Below, in pieces: positions 26,482 to 39,317 of a DNA stretch of 64,000 nt. The first letter of the stretch is position 1. Each line of letters begins with the position of its first letter. The DNA is taken from positions 9,610,001 through 9,674,000 of the forward strand of contig CP075493.1 of the NCBI GenBank assembly GCA_021613535.1, read 5' to 3'. Source of the DNA: Adineta vaga. Taxonomy: Eukaryota; Animalia; Rotifera. The notes beneath the pieces are model-generated. The model searched no databases. It saw nothing but the letters and a program-made list of their open reading frames with translations, and was not told where the DNA came from. The translations under genes and the position numbers were made by a program.

Positions 26482-27420
26482 ATGGCGTGTCGACCATTCA
26501 TCAAAAATGGTTTGTTTTTTGATTAATAATATCGTTGATTTTAAGAATTATTCTTACAGGTTCACGTCTCTTACGACCCATTCTATACAGTCGAACAATA
26601 GTGAATGGTACACAAGATAAACCGCCTTTCCCTAAAGTTCTACGTATGTTATTCAAATCATTTCATTTTCCAATCGATTGATCGTTTGTCTCTTCTAGCT
26701 GTTGGATTACCTTTACAGAATGAATTACCCGAAGTTCAATATGTTCCCGATACACCACCAAATCAACAAAATTATCCAAATATGTCTAGACGATTACTGC
26801 AATGTCGCGGTGTAGAAACAGTTCATGACAAACTCATACATAAACAATATGGAATTATGGTATGTTGTTCTCTTCATTAAAATTGCTCGTGTGATTGATC
26901 AGAAGATACTTCGACGATAGAAATGAGACTTTTGTTTTTCAATGATTCTTTAGGCATTGGCTCCTGGTCTGATGAAAGAAAATCATTTTAATTCTATTCG
27001 TGACATGATTAATAAAAGAATTGATATGGAACGATGTTTTTCAATATGGCGTGTTGATCCTCCTTGGCATCCATGGTATTTCAAAGGTCTAAATAAAAAA
27101 CGTGGTGCTGGTAAAGGTAGTATTGATTATTTCGTTACACCAATTAAAGCTAATCGAATGATAATCGAAGTGGGTGGAACATTATCATTTGATTATCTTT
27201 ATCGTACACTATTAACCAAGCTGAAGTTTTACCATTTCCAGCAATACCTGTTTCACAAGAATTACTAGATAAATGGAATGCTGAAAGAGAAGAAATTCAA
27301 GAAAAAAATATCAATCCATTTCGATGGGAATATTTACTACGGAATAATTTCTTAAATTGTCATCGATATGCGGATTTTTATGATATTGAATTTGCGCGAT
27401 ATGGACCGAAAATTCGATAG
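26482..27420 (+). CDS. MRPL16: Mitochondrial ribosomal protein L16 (apparent 1-nt frameshift near 27213)
   Basis: RGVETVHDKLIHKQYGI, WRVDPPWHP..KGLNKKRGAGKGSIDYFVTPIKANRMIIEVGG; the C-terminus LPFPAIPVS..NINPFRW continues in a shifted frame. Confidence 0.88.
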
Positions 27421-30400
27421 TATTTTTTTTCAATATACATACACATTTTTCTTTGTTTCTGTTAGTTTTTGTTGTTTATATTATAACAAAGGAAAACGAA
27501 ATTCTTATTTTGCTCGTTTATAACTTCAATGAAAATATGAATTAGTATCTTATTATTAAAAATAATATATAAATCAGTATATTGATCACAAGAATAGAAA
27601 GATTAGTTATTCTTTCTTTCGAAGACTTCTAGACGGTAGATATTAATGTAGACGTATAAGATTTATTTTGATGCAAAGAATTAATTGGCGTCATTCCCAA
27701 GCGTATTCACAATAAATCTGGAAATCATAGATTTGATAATAATTAAAAAATGTTTTAAACAAAAAGTATTCACCATCCAATTAAGTCTATCGCAAGTTTT
27801 TTCCTTTGATATCTTATCTGAAGAAATAAGGATAAAAGAGTGCTTTTACTATTGAAAAATATTCTTATCGATGAGTATATATGTATATAAATAGATCAGT
27901 AATTACATAGATCTTATTCTTTTTTTATTCACTTTGATATTTTACACTAGATAATTTCCGCTTATTCTATCAGATCTAATAGAAAATCATTTTTATTTAA
28001 AATAAAAACTAATTAATATGAGATTATTGAGTTGCTATTCTACTCTTCATGCTCTATATTTATAATTGAATCATTTTATAAAAAGTCAACTGGTAAGAAG
28101 CCAAAAAGAATGTTTTACTGACACTTTTATTAAACGGATTTGACAGTTATCAGAATTCCACGGTCATATAAATTCTCATATGATTACGAATAAATTATAT
28201 TAGATTGATCTTGTATTGATGTCTAGTCTACTTGTATGAGTCAATGAAATCATTATGTATATCGTTGTATTTATCTTGTACACATCATAGAGATAGAAAG
28301 AAAGCAGTTGAGTGATGACAAATGTGGAAAGATGATATAATGAACGAGAGAAATCATTATTTCCGTTGTAATAAAAATTTTCATTGATAGTATTTGTTTT
28401 TTTACGTAACCTATCAATGTATGTTAAAAAAAAAAGAAATCAAGTATTAGAAGTCAATTCTTTTTGATTGTGATCATATCTGTGCATGACAACATACGGA
28501 AGAAATAGACTTTGCTTTATGTCTACTTCTTTGAATACTGCGTATAGTTCATCTTTATATTAAAGAATGCGTCTTCCGAGTATTGCGTTAGTCGAAAGAG
28601 AATTCTGTCATATCTTTTTTTTTACATCTATTTTTGTCCGTGATTTTTCTGCGAGTCATCATCAACAGTCTTTTATTATTGCACGTCGATTACATTTTAT
28701 GTTCATCAAATGAAAGAGTGAGAAGAGAAAAACAAGAAAGAAATTTCTTTCTTTTAATACGATCAAAATACATTGACGATTCTTTCGGCTTTTCTTTTCC
28801 ATTGTTGTATTCAACGAGTTACTGCTTTTGTAAGTATATTATATATTGAAATTCTCTGTGATAACTACGTGAGAAATATGAAAACAAATTCTTTTGAAAA
28901 GAGAAAATTAATGACAACTGACAAGATTATTTAGATTGAAATGAACACGCATTTGTCAATTGCAAACATACTTAATTGTCAAGCACATCCTATACAAAGA
29001 TTTAGATAGCTTGAGAAAGGTTTTTATTGAGAAGAAAATGTAATATTAATTAACAACTACACGTAAACAACTAGACAAACACTTGATTTTTTCAAGAAAA
29101 TACATTGCAGACCGGAAGTGCATTATCAGAAGGAAGAAAATCACGTTTACACTACTAATATTCATTTGAAAAAAAAACATAAATATATGAATATGAAACA
29201 TGTAAAAAGAGATAATAAAAGAGATGAAATGCAATATCCGTTTACTTTAATCAAAAATCAGTAAGTACAAATGCTTTTCCAAAGATATCTATTCATCGAT
29301 AGAATAGTTCGAAAAACAAGTACATCATATGATATTTGTTTCTACAGAATAGAGTTTCAATCGTAAGTTCTACACTCTCTTCTTTCTTTCTTTCTTTTGT
29401 TGTTTACATGGCGTTTATATTAAATATAAACCTAAAGTACTCTTCATCTTTCCTTATAACATTTCAAATTAAACTATAGTTTGCTTTCTAAATTTGAGAA
29501 TACTTCAGAATAACAAACTATATATTATTCGATTGAATGATGTTTAATATAGAAATAAAAATATCATTTTTCTAAAAAATACAAGGAAACGGAATTCTAG
29601 AAAAAGAAGAAAGAATTCATTTTATGCTAGTTAGGTTTCTTCTTTCCATTTCAGTGCATTTTGCCACCTACTTGTCTCTATATGTACCTAGGCTAACAAA
29701 TAGAAAACTATAATGAGCAATAGAAATTAATGATTATTAAATGAGTGCGGTTTTGACCTTCTAGAATTGAAGATCCTTAGAGATTTAAAGATAGAGATAA
29801 AAAGTTAATCATAAAGAAATTTTCTTTGATAAAGTCTAAGTAGTTATTCTGTTTCGTTATGTATTTTCTTGATGATAAAAAATAGACTCTTATCTTCGCC
29901 TAAATAGATCAAGCGGTGCAAATAATAAAAAGGTTTCAATTTATTATTTTTTTTCCTACATTAACAAAATATGTTTTCGACATCATTAGAATATGAGATG
30001 TCCATATCGACTTTGGTTTTCTTTTACTTCTCATATAAACATTTACGATTATTTACACGATTCATCATAATAGAATCAGGATGGTAAATCTGACGCAGTT
30101 GTCATGCGAGGCGTTCTTTCTTCTTCTTTTTCTTCTTCGTCTTTTTTCTACTTGAGGAAATTAGTAAAAAGAAAGAAGATAGATAAGATGTTCAATGCAT
30201 AGAGATCAAATCAAAACCAACTACATAACACATTATTTTTGTTCAGAACAAAATAAAAGGAAGAAAACATAACGAGTAGCTGTATGACTTAACTTTTGGT
30301 TTTTCTTTATCAACAATAACCTTTTTTTCTAATGAATAATAATAATAATCTATACATAATTAAAAGAATTCTTCTCATCGAGTCTTTCCTATTCAACCTC

Positions 30401-31124
30401 AAGCATAAAATTATCAGGGTAGTTTATTATCATTAACCTTGACATGGTTTAAAACCATATAAATAGTAAGATAATATGAAAGAACGCATTTAAAGTGTGA
30501 GAATAGTATATTAATTCGTGGATAAAAATATGCTTTTCTTTTTCTATGAAGTTCGTAATTGCATAGAAATATTTAGTTTTATGAATCGATGAAGAATATA
30601 CCACTACTTAAGTATTTATCATATTCATTTTTGATAACAGCTCCTTTTTTTATTCTCAAGAATCTACTTGAGAATCTCCATTATCTTCTTTAACTATTTC
30701 CACTTTGACAAGATGTACTATCCACTTATTCGAAGATTTAATTGGTTTATAGCAATATGCTTTCATCTTATTTTCTTCCTCTTCTCACTCTCTCAAATTA
30801 CATACAGACCAAACATGCAAATGTTTCTCATGCATATCTATCTTCTGCTATTCTGTAGGTGTCATCACCGTTGGCTTTATTCATATTTAGTTGAGTCATG
30901 TAGAAAAAAGATGAAGTCATCAAACTAACCTATTTATTCATTCTATTATTTGATTTTTTTTCTTACTCTTATTATAAAAAATATCATGAATCATATCATG
31001 TTAGTAATTCATTATACCCTTCAGTATTCATTTTCTACTTTAACCGTAAAGTCAAGAAGTTTTCGGTGACATATAAAACAATGAATAGATTTTGTAATTT
31101 TCATTCATTTCTAGATTAAATATC

Positions 31125-32573
31125 ATGAATACAACTGTTGATTATAAACACGATGATACGAATGGAAGTCTTACTGATGATTGGGAAAATTATAAAGGTT
31201 ATACAAGATTTTATTATTTGACCGATGAAGTGTTTCTATATGCTAATCCAGTATTAATACTTATCGGTATGTTTATTGTTGTTTATATGTTTAAAATAAG
31301 GGTTTCTTTTTCTCCAGGTATTCCAACTCATGCATTATCAATGATGATTTTTCTTCGAAAACGAATGTGTCGTTATCCTGTCTCTGTTTTTATGGCAATG
31401 TTATCGTTAACAAATATTCTTATTCTGGCTGGTCCAGTTACTATGCAATGGCTCAATCATACAGTTTTCATAGGTTTTGTCGTTACTGGTTCACGTTTTC
31501 TCTGTGCATTTCATGTTTATATTGATTTAGTTGGTTCATCGATTAATTCTTGGTTAATATTAATGATTGCTGTTGAACGTTATCTATCTGTAACGAAACC
31601 TTTTCTAATTCGAACAAGTTTTAATCGTCGACAAGCATGGATCATTGTCTTTAGTGTTTTTCTAGTTGCACTTATAGCACCACTTGGTCTCGCTATTGTT
31701 GCCTCAAAAGTTGATGGGTGCCTTCTATTTTTCTCTCGAACATATCAAATTATTGGTTCGATTCAAATCTTTTTTATTTATGTTTTACCATCGATATTTA
31801 TCATAACATTAAGTATAATTACAGTACATAAACTACGTAATCGAATACGTTCAAGTGGACCACGACGTATACATATAAGTGTGATGTTAATTGGAGTTTC
31901 CTTTTCATTCATAACATTTACCATGCCATATCAAATCTCTTGGTATTGGTTGTTTTCTACTGCTATAAGTCGTGTAGAATTAAATCTTAAACTCAATATA
32001 ATCAATATTGGTTTACGTTATTTAGCATTGACAATACGAAATTTAAATTATACATTAAATTTTTTTCTGTACTCATTAACATCCACTGTTTTTCTTAAAG
32101 AAGCATTTGTCATAGCACGATGCAATTATTTTTTTAATCAACGATTTATCGAACATAATCCTACATTCAATGGTTTACGACGTTTTTTTACTTCATCGGA
32201 TGAACAGCGTGAACAACAACAAATTCATGGTCTTATTAATCAAGAAAATCTTGACAATGAGCTCAATCAAAATTATCAAACATTTTCCAAACAGATCAAT
32301 TTTCAAGAAAAATTTCTACAAAATGAAACGAAAAGTCACCTTTTAAATGGACATTTCAATTCCAATGTAACTCATACAGATGTTTCAATTAATTTAAAAC
32401 CATTAACAACCAAACCTAAACAGAAGAAGATTAAATGGAATTTAAAACCAATGAAACAAACATTATCATCACATCATCTACATCTACATGATGATGAAGA
32501 TGAACTTCAACAACAAATATCATCGAATCAAACTTCAACAACGAATATTAGTGAATATAATAACAAAAATTAA
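31125..32573 (+). CDS. Rhodopsin-class GPCR, FMRFamide/peptide-receptor-like
   Basis: Seven hydrophobic segments, AVERY, FTMP, NYTLNFFLY, long C-tail. The ORF reads through a 51-nt GT-AG intron (31267-31317). Confidence 0.88.
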   Translation: MNTTVDYKHDDTNGSLTDDWENYKGYTRFYYLTDEVFLYANPVLILIGMFIVVYMFKIRVSFSPGIPTHALSMMIFLRKRMCRYPVSVFMAMLSLTNILILAGPVTMQWLNHTVFIGFVVTGSRFLCAFHVYIDLVGSSINSWLILMIAVERYLSVTKPFLIRTSFNRRQAWIIVFSVFLVALIAPLGLAIVASKVDGCLLFFSRTYQIIGSIQIFFIYVLPSIFIITLSIITVHKLRNRIRSSGPRRIHISVMLIGVSFSFITFTMPYQISWYWLFSTAISRVELNLKLNIINIGLRYLALTIRNLNYTLNFFLYSLTSTVFLKEAFVIARCNYFFNQRFIEHNPTFNGLRRFFTSSDEQREQQQIHGLINQENLDNELNQNYQTFSKQINFQEKFLQNETKSHLLNGHFNSNVTHTDVSINLKPLTTKPKQKKIKWNLKPMKQTLSSHHLHLHDDEDELQQQISSNQTSTTNISEYNNKN

Positions 32574-33875
32574 CAACGACAAAAACTATTTTAGTCATTC
32601 TTTTTCTTTTCTTTTCGTTTCTTTTCTATTCGTATAGTCTGTCTTTGTATCTTGATACAGAAAAAAGAACCATTTGATAGAAACATCTCTGGTGTTGGTC
32701 CTCTATCTCTTCTAGACATACAAATAATCTTCTTTCAACAAACTAGTATCAATAAAATATCTTTCTGCTCAAATCACTGCAGATTTACAATAAGTAAAGA
32801 TGAATATTAGCATTGGCTTATCAATTATCTTTCTATTGAAAAAGATAAAGAACGATCGAGATAATTTTTATTTTTGGATTCTTTTAAACATAAGTTTTGA
32901 CATAGAAACAAATTAGCATTATTTTCTATTTTTAAACATAATTTTTCTTGATTTATTCAGTCGAAAGAAAAACATACTGAATATTCTACTCTCTTTACAC
33001 CATATAAACTATGTAAGTGCAAAAAAGATGAGTTATTCATAGAATGTTTTTTAATATGGGATTGCTCCATTTGATATAATACAATTTAATGAAATTTTAT
33101 TATTTTAAAGAACCTTTTGATTTCTTCTTCAAGGTCCTTAGTTACCAAGTGAATAAATAAGGGGAAAAAAGGAAATACCACCTCTGTATTTACTTGGTTG
33201 AATAATTAATCAGCAATAAAAAGACAAATACAAAGTGATTATTTGCCCTTAGGTAATAATAAAAAACAATGTAGTTAATGCTTTACGAAGTCAAAAACTA
33301 ATTGACAAGTCTTCATAAGAAAACATTTCCAAGATTGAACTTTTTAGTATAAACACATTGAGTACAATTCAACGCATAATCATTTCTATGAGAATTTGCA
33401 TAACAATGATGTTCTGAATATGAATTCCATCCACTCCTTCATAATGCTTCATTTAAAACATGCATTTTGGATTTATAAACATTTTTTATAGTATTTCGTT
33501 ACTCTATTCTGTTAAATTTACATTTGATCATTGTGCACCTCGAATATTATCAATACCATAACTCATTTTCTTGAGGCTCATGATATCTTGTCAAAGAACA
33601 AACGAAATACTAACTTCAGTCGATCGAAAAGTTTTTGAAAACTGACTTTAGTTATTTAGATAACTGCTTTGATTGTCAATATCTATCGTCAGTTAGTGAA
33701 TAAATAATAAAACAAAGATCAAAATACAGAGGTCACTATGGATCGGATATTTTTATGATATTATTCTAACCAGTAAAAATCTTCTCCAGAGTTTATTATT
33801 GATCCATATATTTTTCTAAATGATCTTGATCAACCACCAAAGAACATTTTTCTTTTAAACTTTATAAATAATACC

Positions 33876-34417
33876 ATGCCGAGTTATCAATTATTATGTA
33901 TTTTCAAGAATTTGCCAAAGGTATTGATCTGTTCCTCTTCAATCTATCGATTAGTTTCATAGCATTCTATGTTTTTTAGCCTGAATTAATGACAGGAATA
34001 AAAGCAGCAGCATCCTGCATTTTAGATCATAATGGTACTATCAAGTCATTTGAAAATCTTGGTTTACGTCGTTTACCGATTCGTCTATTTGGAAATGATA
34101 TGCAAGTGTATCGCGACGGACAGTACGTATGAATATAGATTTGTTCTAACTATATATACTATTTCTTTCTGTAATTTAGTTACGTATTCATTAATTTTAT
34201 TGCTGGTACAACAAAACTTTATGAAATGATGGCTGCACTTAAACGTGAAGGTGATATCTTACGACGCGTTATTTCTAATGATGATGAAGTGAATGAAGAA
34301 CATGTTTGTCATTGTGATAAATATGGTTATTTCGTCACAGATATTGTCGATTATACCAAACCATTAACTGTTTGGAATAAGAAGGTTACAGATCCATTGT
34401 ATAGAAAACGTCTATGA
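33876..34417 (+). CDS. MRPS6: Mitochondrial ribosomal protein S6
   Basis: MPSYQLLCIFKNLPK|PEL...ILDHNGTIKSFENLGLRRLP...GH|YVFINF...LKREGDILR matches the bS6m pattern MPxYEL...ENLGxRxLP. Confidence 0.85.
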
Positions 34418-34586
34418 AGACATATATCTGTCATTTTTTTCTGTTTTGTTAACAGTAGATTAATAAAAAACGAATTGTCCCGTTCTGATTCAATTTCTCT
34501 CTGTCATTGCACAATTATGCGTCATTGTCAAGAGAAAGAAAAGTATAAATATAATTGATTCACCAACATGTCATCTCTAATTGATC

Positions 34587-35360
34587 ATGACTACAGATAC
34601 GAATATTATCAAACAGAATATCGTTTTACCAAACGAAGCAGATGAAGGCAAATTAGCATTCGTTTTATTGAATGTTTTTACACGAGAAGAATGTCAAGAA
34701 TGGATTGAAATATCAGAGCAACACGGTTATAGTCCAGCTTTAATCAATATGGGTCAACAACAAGTTCTTCGAACAGATGTTCGTAATAATCATCGATGTA
34801 TGATTGATGATGTTGATATGGCAAATATTCTATTCGATCGAATCAAAGCATATTTACCAAATTTGTGGAATAATGATCATATAGTTGGACTTAACGAACG
34901 TCTTCGTTTCCTTCGATATGATCCTGGACAAAAATTTCAACCACATTTTGGTAAAATATATAACTTCATCGGTATATTTCTATTACTTATTCGTGTTTTA
35001 TTTTATAGATGGTATATTTATTCGTAATGATGAATCAATGGAACGAAGCTATATCGTAAGTTTACACAGAAAACAAATAATCTATCTATTATCGTATTTC
35101 GATTTTTCTAGACAATACAATTGTATTTGAATGAAGGTTTTGAAGGTGGAGAAACGACTTTTGTTCATCATACTAAATCGAGTCAAAATGTTCCATGCAT
35201 ACCACGTACTGGAATGGTATTAGTGTTTGAACATAAACTATTTCATGAAGGTTCAGCATTAATCAAAGGTCGTAAATATACAGTTCGTACAGATGTTATG
35301 TATCGACCTGATAAACACAACAACTCCGCACAAAACGATGATGATGATGATGATAACTAA
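34587..35360 (+). CDS. 2OG-Fe(II) oxygenase (prolyl-4-hydroxylase-like)
   Basis: GLNERLRFLRYDPGQKFQPHF|DG (HxD), QLYLNEGFEGGET, HEGS and KYTVRTDVMY; two introns. Confidence 0.88.
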
Positions 35361-36060
35361 ATTTTTGAAACGTGAATTTTCAAATAAAACAAATAGGGTA
35401 CAATATCTTTGTTAGAATGTGTTGACAGGAAGTTTGATTATGAATATTTGCAGCACATATTACTTTAGAAATCTAAATTGGAATAGAGCGACATCTACAA
35501 AAGTGTTTTTGTGAGAGGTTGATGACAAATATTTTTTGTAATCATGGCTTTAAAAATCTGCGCAATAGACGTTACTCTTTACATTTTCTCAATATTTCTA
35601 GTCTTATTGACTTGTTTCTCATGACTCACAAAATTTCATAAAGAGGTCATCTTTCTCAGCTGTAATTTTTTATTCGTTCTTCTCTTCTCCTTTCCACAAA
35701 CGCGTCGGTCCATATTAACGGTCGATCGCTAGTCATGTGACGTTACATTCTTCTTTTTCTCTGCGAATGTCCTTTCTTTCATTTCATATATATTACCCTC
35801 CCCTCTTTTTTTTTGCTTTCTAATCCGACGACATTGTCATTGTTCGTTCGGTCGTCAGAAGGTAAGCACATATATAGGTAGGGAGAAACGAAAATATTTC
35901 ATCATATCACAGTCAGCAGACAAGCAAAACAGAAGAAAACATTGGTTTTGTGCATTGTTTTATATAGCCAACTGATTCATCGAATCTTTATTTGTAGATA
36001 AATTAATTTCTAGTTTTCACACTGTTTATTCGTATTTCTTTGATAATTAATTTTTAAATC

Positions 36061-36515
<455 letters not shown>

Positions 36516-37156
36516 ATATGTTAAACAATCAATTTAAACATTGATATTTGCTAATTCAAGAAGTTTCATATTGTACATTTCTTTTCTCTGATTTTTCTTT
36601 CTATGTGTGTGTGTATGCTTATTTAAACCATCATTTAAAATGCGATAAGATTGTTAACTAATGTCTAAAGTGTATTTATCAATGTAAAGAGAAGCATTTT
36701 TTGTCGCTGGTTTCTAGATCGTGTAATAAATATGACACCTTTTCCTTTGCTCTTATAAAAAAAACAACGTCACGTTATAGTTTATCAGAATGAGAAAGAT
36801 CACATGTATGGATGATATTCTTTTCACTGTTGTGATTCCGGAATTGTTATTGTGCGTTCGTAGAAAAGCTGACAAAATATCGTTGGGTAAAAGGGTTTCG
36901 ATAGGTAGGAACGTGCGACAAATTTCAACATTCATGAAAATTTATGTAACATGTAACAAGTCATTTTGGATATACGAGAATATTCTTATCGCTTTTGTTT
37001 GCATTGATTACTAGCACACTACATTCGTCATACAGACTAAAGGTAGTTGTATTATAGCAATGACTTTATCTAAAGTGTAGATTCTGATTCATTTTCATCT
37101 AGGTGAATAGTATTAGGTAGTAGTTTTGTTACGAAATATTTTATCGTTGGAATTGA

Positions 37157-37928
37157 TTAATATGAATGTCGACTTTTTAATGCGACTGATCGAATATGCA
37201 CAAAAGGTTTGGTTTGTTTTTGTAGAATGAAATAACATTGTTTTGTATAAAACCAAACGAGACATCTCCATAAAAGTGTGAGAAAGTATAGAATACTTGA
37301 ACATTTCAATAAAAACAATAGAATAGGAAGTTGAAGATTGATTTTATAGAAATGACACTCTTGTTGTTTTTTTGTCATAAATGTTGAATAAAAGATTAAC
37401 ATCAGTATTTTCTTATAATTCTTCGTAGGTAATGAATCCTCATGATCACATTGTCGAATGATCAGAGATATCAGAGGTTCTTCGAACTGTTTCCATAGAA
37501 AATCCAAATAATAGAGAAGAAATAGAATGATGCATAAAAATGTTTTAATCATGTTACTGTAGTAATTATTGCCTTTGAAAAAAATCGCCGATAATCAATT
37601 GCAATGTAGATATAAATATTATAGAATTGAAAATACTGATAAATTTATACAATAGAACAATTGAAAATGAATAATGAATTTCATCACACGTATCAAATAA
37701 ATATTTGTTAAAAAAGGTTAATAGTTGGGTGAAATATGAAGTATTTGATTCAAATTTATATGACCATTGTGTACGGGATTGGAATCGTGTGTAACAACGA
37801 CGGTAAATAATTGTAAATAGTTTTGAATGAGAATTATAGATTTGAGTAGGATAGATAAAATAGAATGAGAGAAAAAAAGTAATGATAGATAGGACAATAA
37901 GCTGCTGATAGTTATGATAGAAAGGCAT
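37157..37928 (-). CDS. Orphan multi-pass membrane protein; two ORFs joined across a T7 run
   Basis: Hydrophobic ORFs 37566-37928 and 37157-37552 become one ~256-aa frame if one base is removed from the homopolymer at ~37578-37584. Confidence 0.5.
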
Positions 37929-38146
37929 TAGCGCAAATAATTTTTAAATTTTATTTGCTTAGATACAATGTTCCTGAGAAAAAAAATTGTTAATAAGTTA
38001 AAACCGAAGAAGAGGATCTATGAATACTCAAAGGCATTTATAGATACTGATTATTTATTCTTTGGAAAATAGTTTTTATTGTAAAAGATCATGCGTTCAA
38101 CATCTACGAATACACTGATAGAATAGATGAAGAAAAAACATGAGAG

Positions 38147-39317
38147 TTATTTCAATCGTTGACGGAGTTGATCTGCCTGATCTTGTTTTAAACCAATGTA
38201 TAATTCCACTTCATTTGTTGATGTTGGTAAAATTAAAACCAATCCATCCCATCGACCAGGTGGCAATGCAATACGTAGGTGGTCCTTGTCCAAAATCAAT
38301 TTGATAGGCCGGAAAACGAGACCAATTTGTGAAAGATAAATCTTTTCCTAAAAATGACTGAAAACCTGGATAGATTTTGGTTGATGCTTTTTGAATCATG
38401 GCAAGACCTGATGTGTAATCCTTTGTCATACGTTGTTTCTTCTCTTTATTAATTTGTTCAGCTAATTCATTGACAGATTTCGTTGCTAGATCATTCATTT
38501 GAAATTGAAAACAAACAAAGAAGTTACAGTTACCAAAGTAATCTGGACTAAGTCCAAATTCATCACGGCCATTACTTGCCATACCAACATTAACTGTCTC
38601 ATCTGATGATATTCCACGTATTTGACTAATGGTTTGAGTTAACCAAGCAACTAGAACATCGTTGAATGATAAATTCGTTGTTGTAATTTTTAATTTATTG
38701 AATAAATCTTGTTTGTTTAATTTTACCACTAGAACATCCATTGAGGGCATTTCAGTAAAAGAAAATGTTGGTGGTTTGGTTGTATATTCAATATGATCAT
38801 AATGAACATCCGTTCCTGGTTGTAATAGTGATCGATTGAAATCAAAAGTTTGTATTTTAGAATTATCTTTTTGTAAGAACCATTTCGAAAATTGATCGAT
38901 TAATCTAAAAAATCCATGTCCATCGGAGAAATGATGATGAACGCCAAATGCTAGTAATGTTCCATCCTGAAGATTGACTTGATGAAGAAAAACCAATGGT
39001 GATATATCTGTTGGTATAGCTGAATATGGAAATATGTTGAGTTCTTGAAAACTACAATCAATATAATGAGAAACAGATACATCTGGTTGTTCAGCTCGAC
39101 TGAATACCGTATTCGAATCTGTAGTTGATTCGATTAATTGACCATAGTTTGGTTTATTAGGATCATAAATAATTTGACCAAATGCAGTTGGACAAAATTG
39201 TTGAAGAAAATCAATGAACGATTTTTCTAAGTCATCAATTTTATAATCATATATCCATACTACTCGTGTATAACATTTTGGAATTACAATATCATTTAAT
39301 GAAAGATCTTGTGGCAT
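38147..39317 (-). CDS. BAHD / Transferase-family CoA-dependent acyltransferase, intronless (frameshift near 38276)
   Basis: HxxxD motif (VHHHFSDGHG), YFGN, FTNWSRF and DFGQG (DFGWG-like). The C-terminus ..WDGLVLILP..EVELYIGL lies in a shifted frame ending at 38147. Confidence 0.88.

Noticed and set aside
27500-31100. Short Phe/Ile/Lys-rich ORFs and a possible tiny spliced ORF near 27690-27820 (-)
   Set aside because: Composition matches AT-rich noncoding DNA; no start or recognisable domain could be assembled.
6043-32573. Functional cluster of energy/feeding genes (PHKG, calmodulin-like, AMPK gamma, NPF, GPCR)
   Set aside because: Interspersed with unrelated genes; no shared regulatory signal seen, so chance adjacency cannot be excluded.
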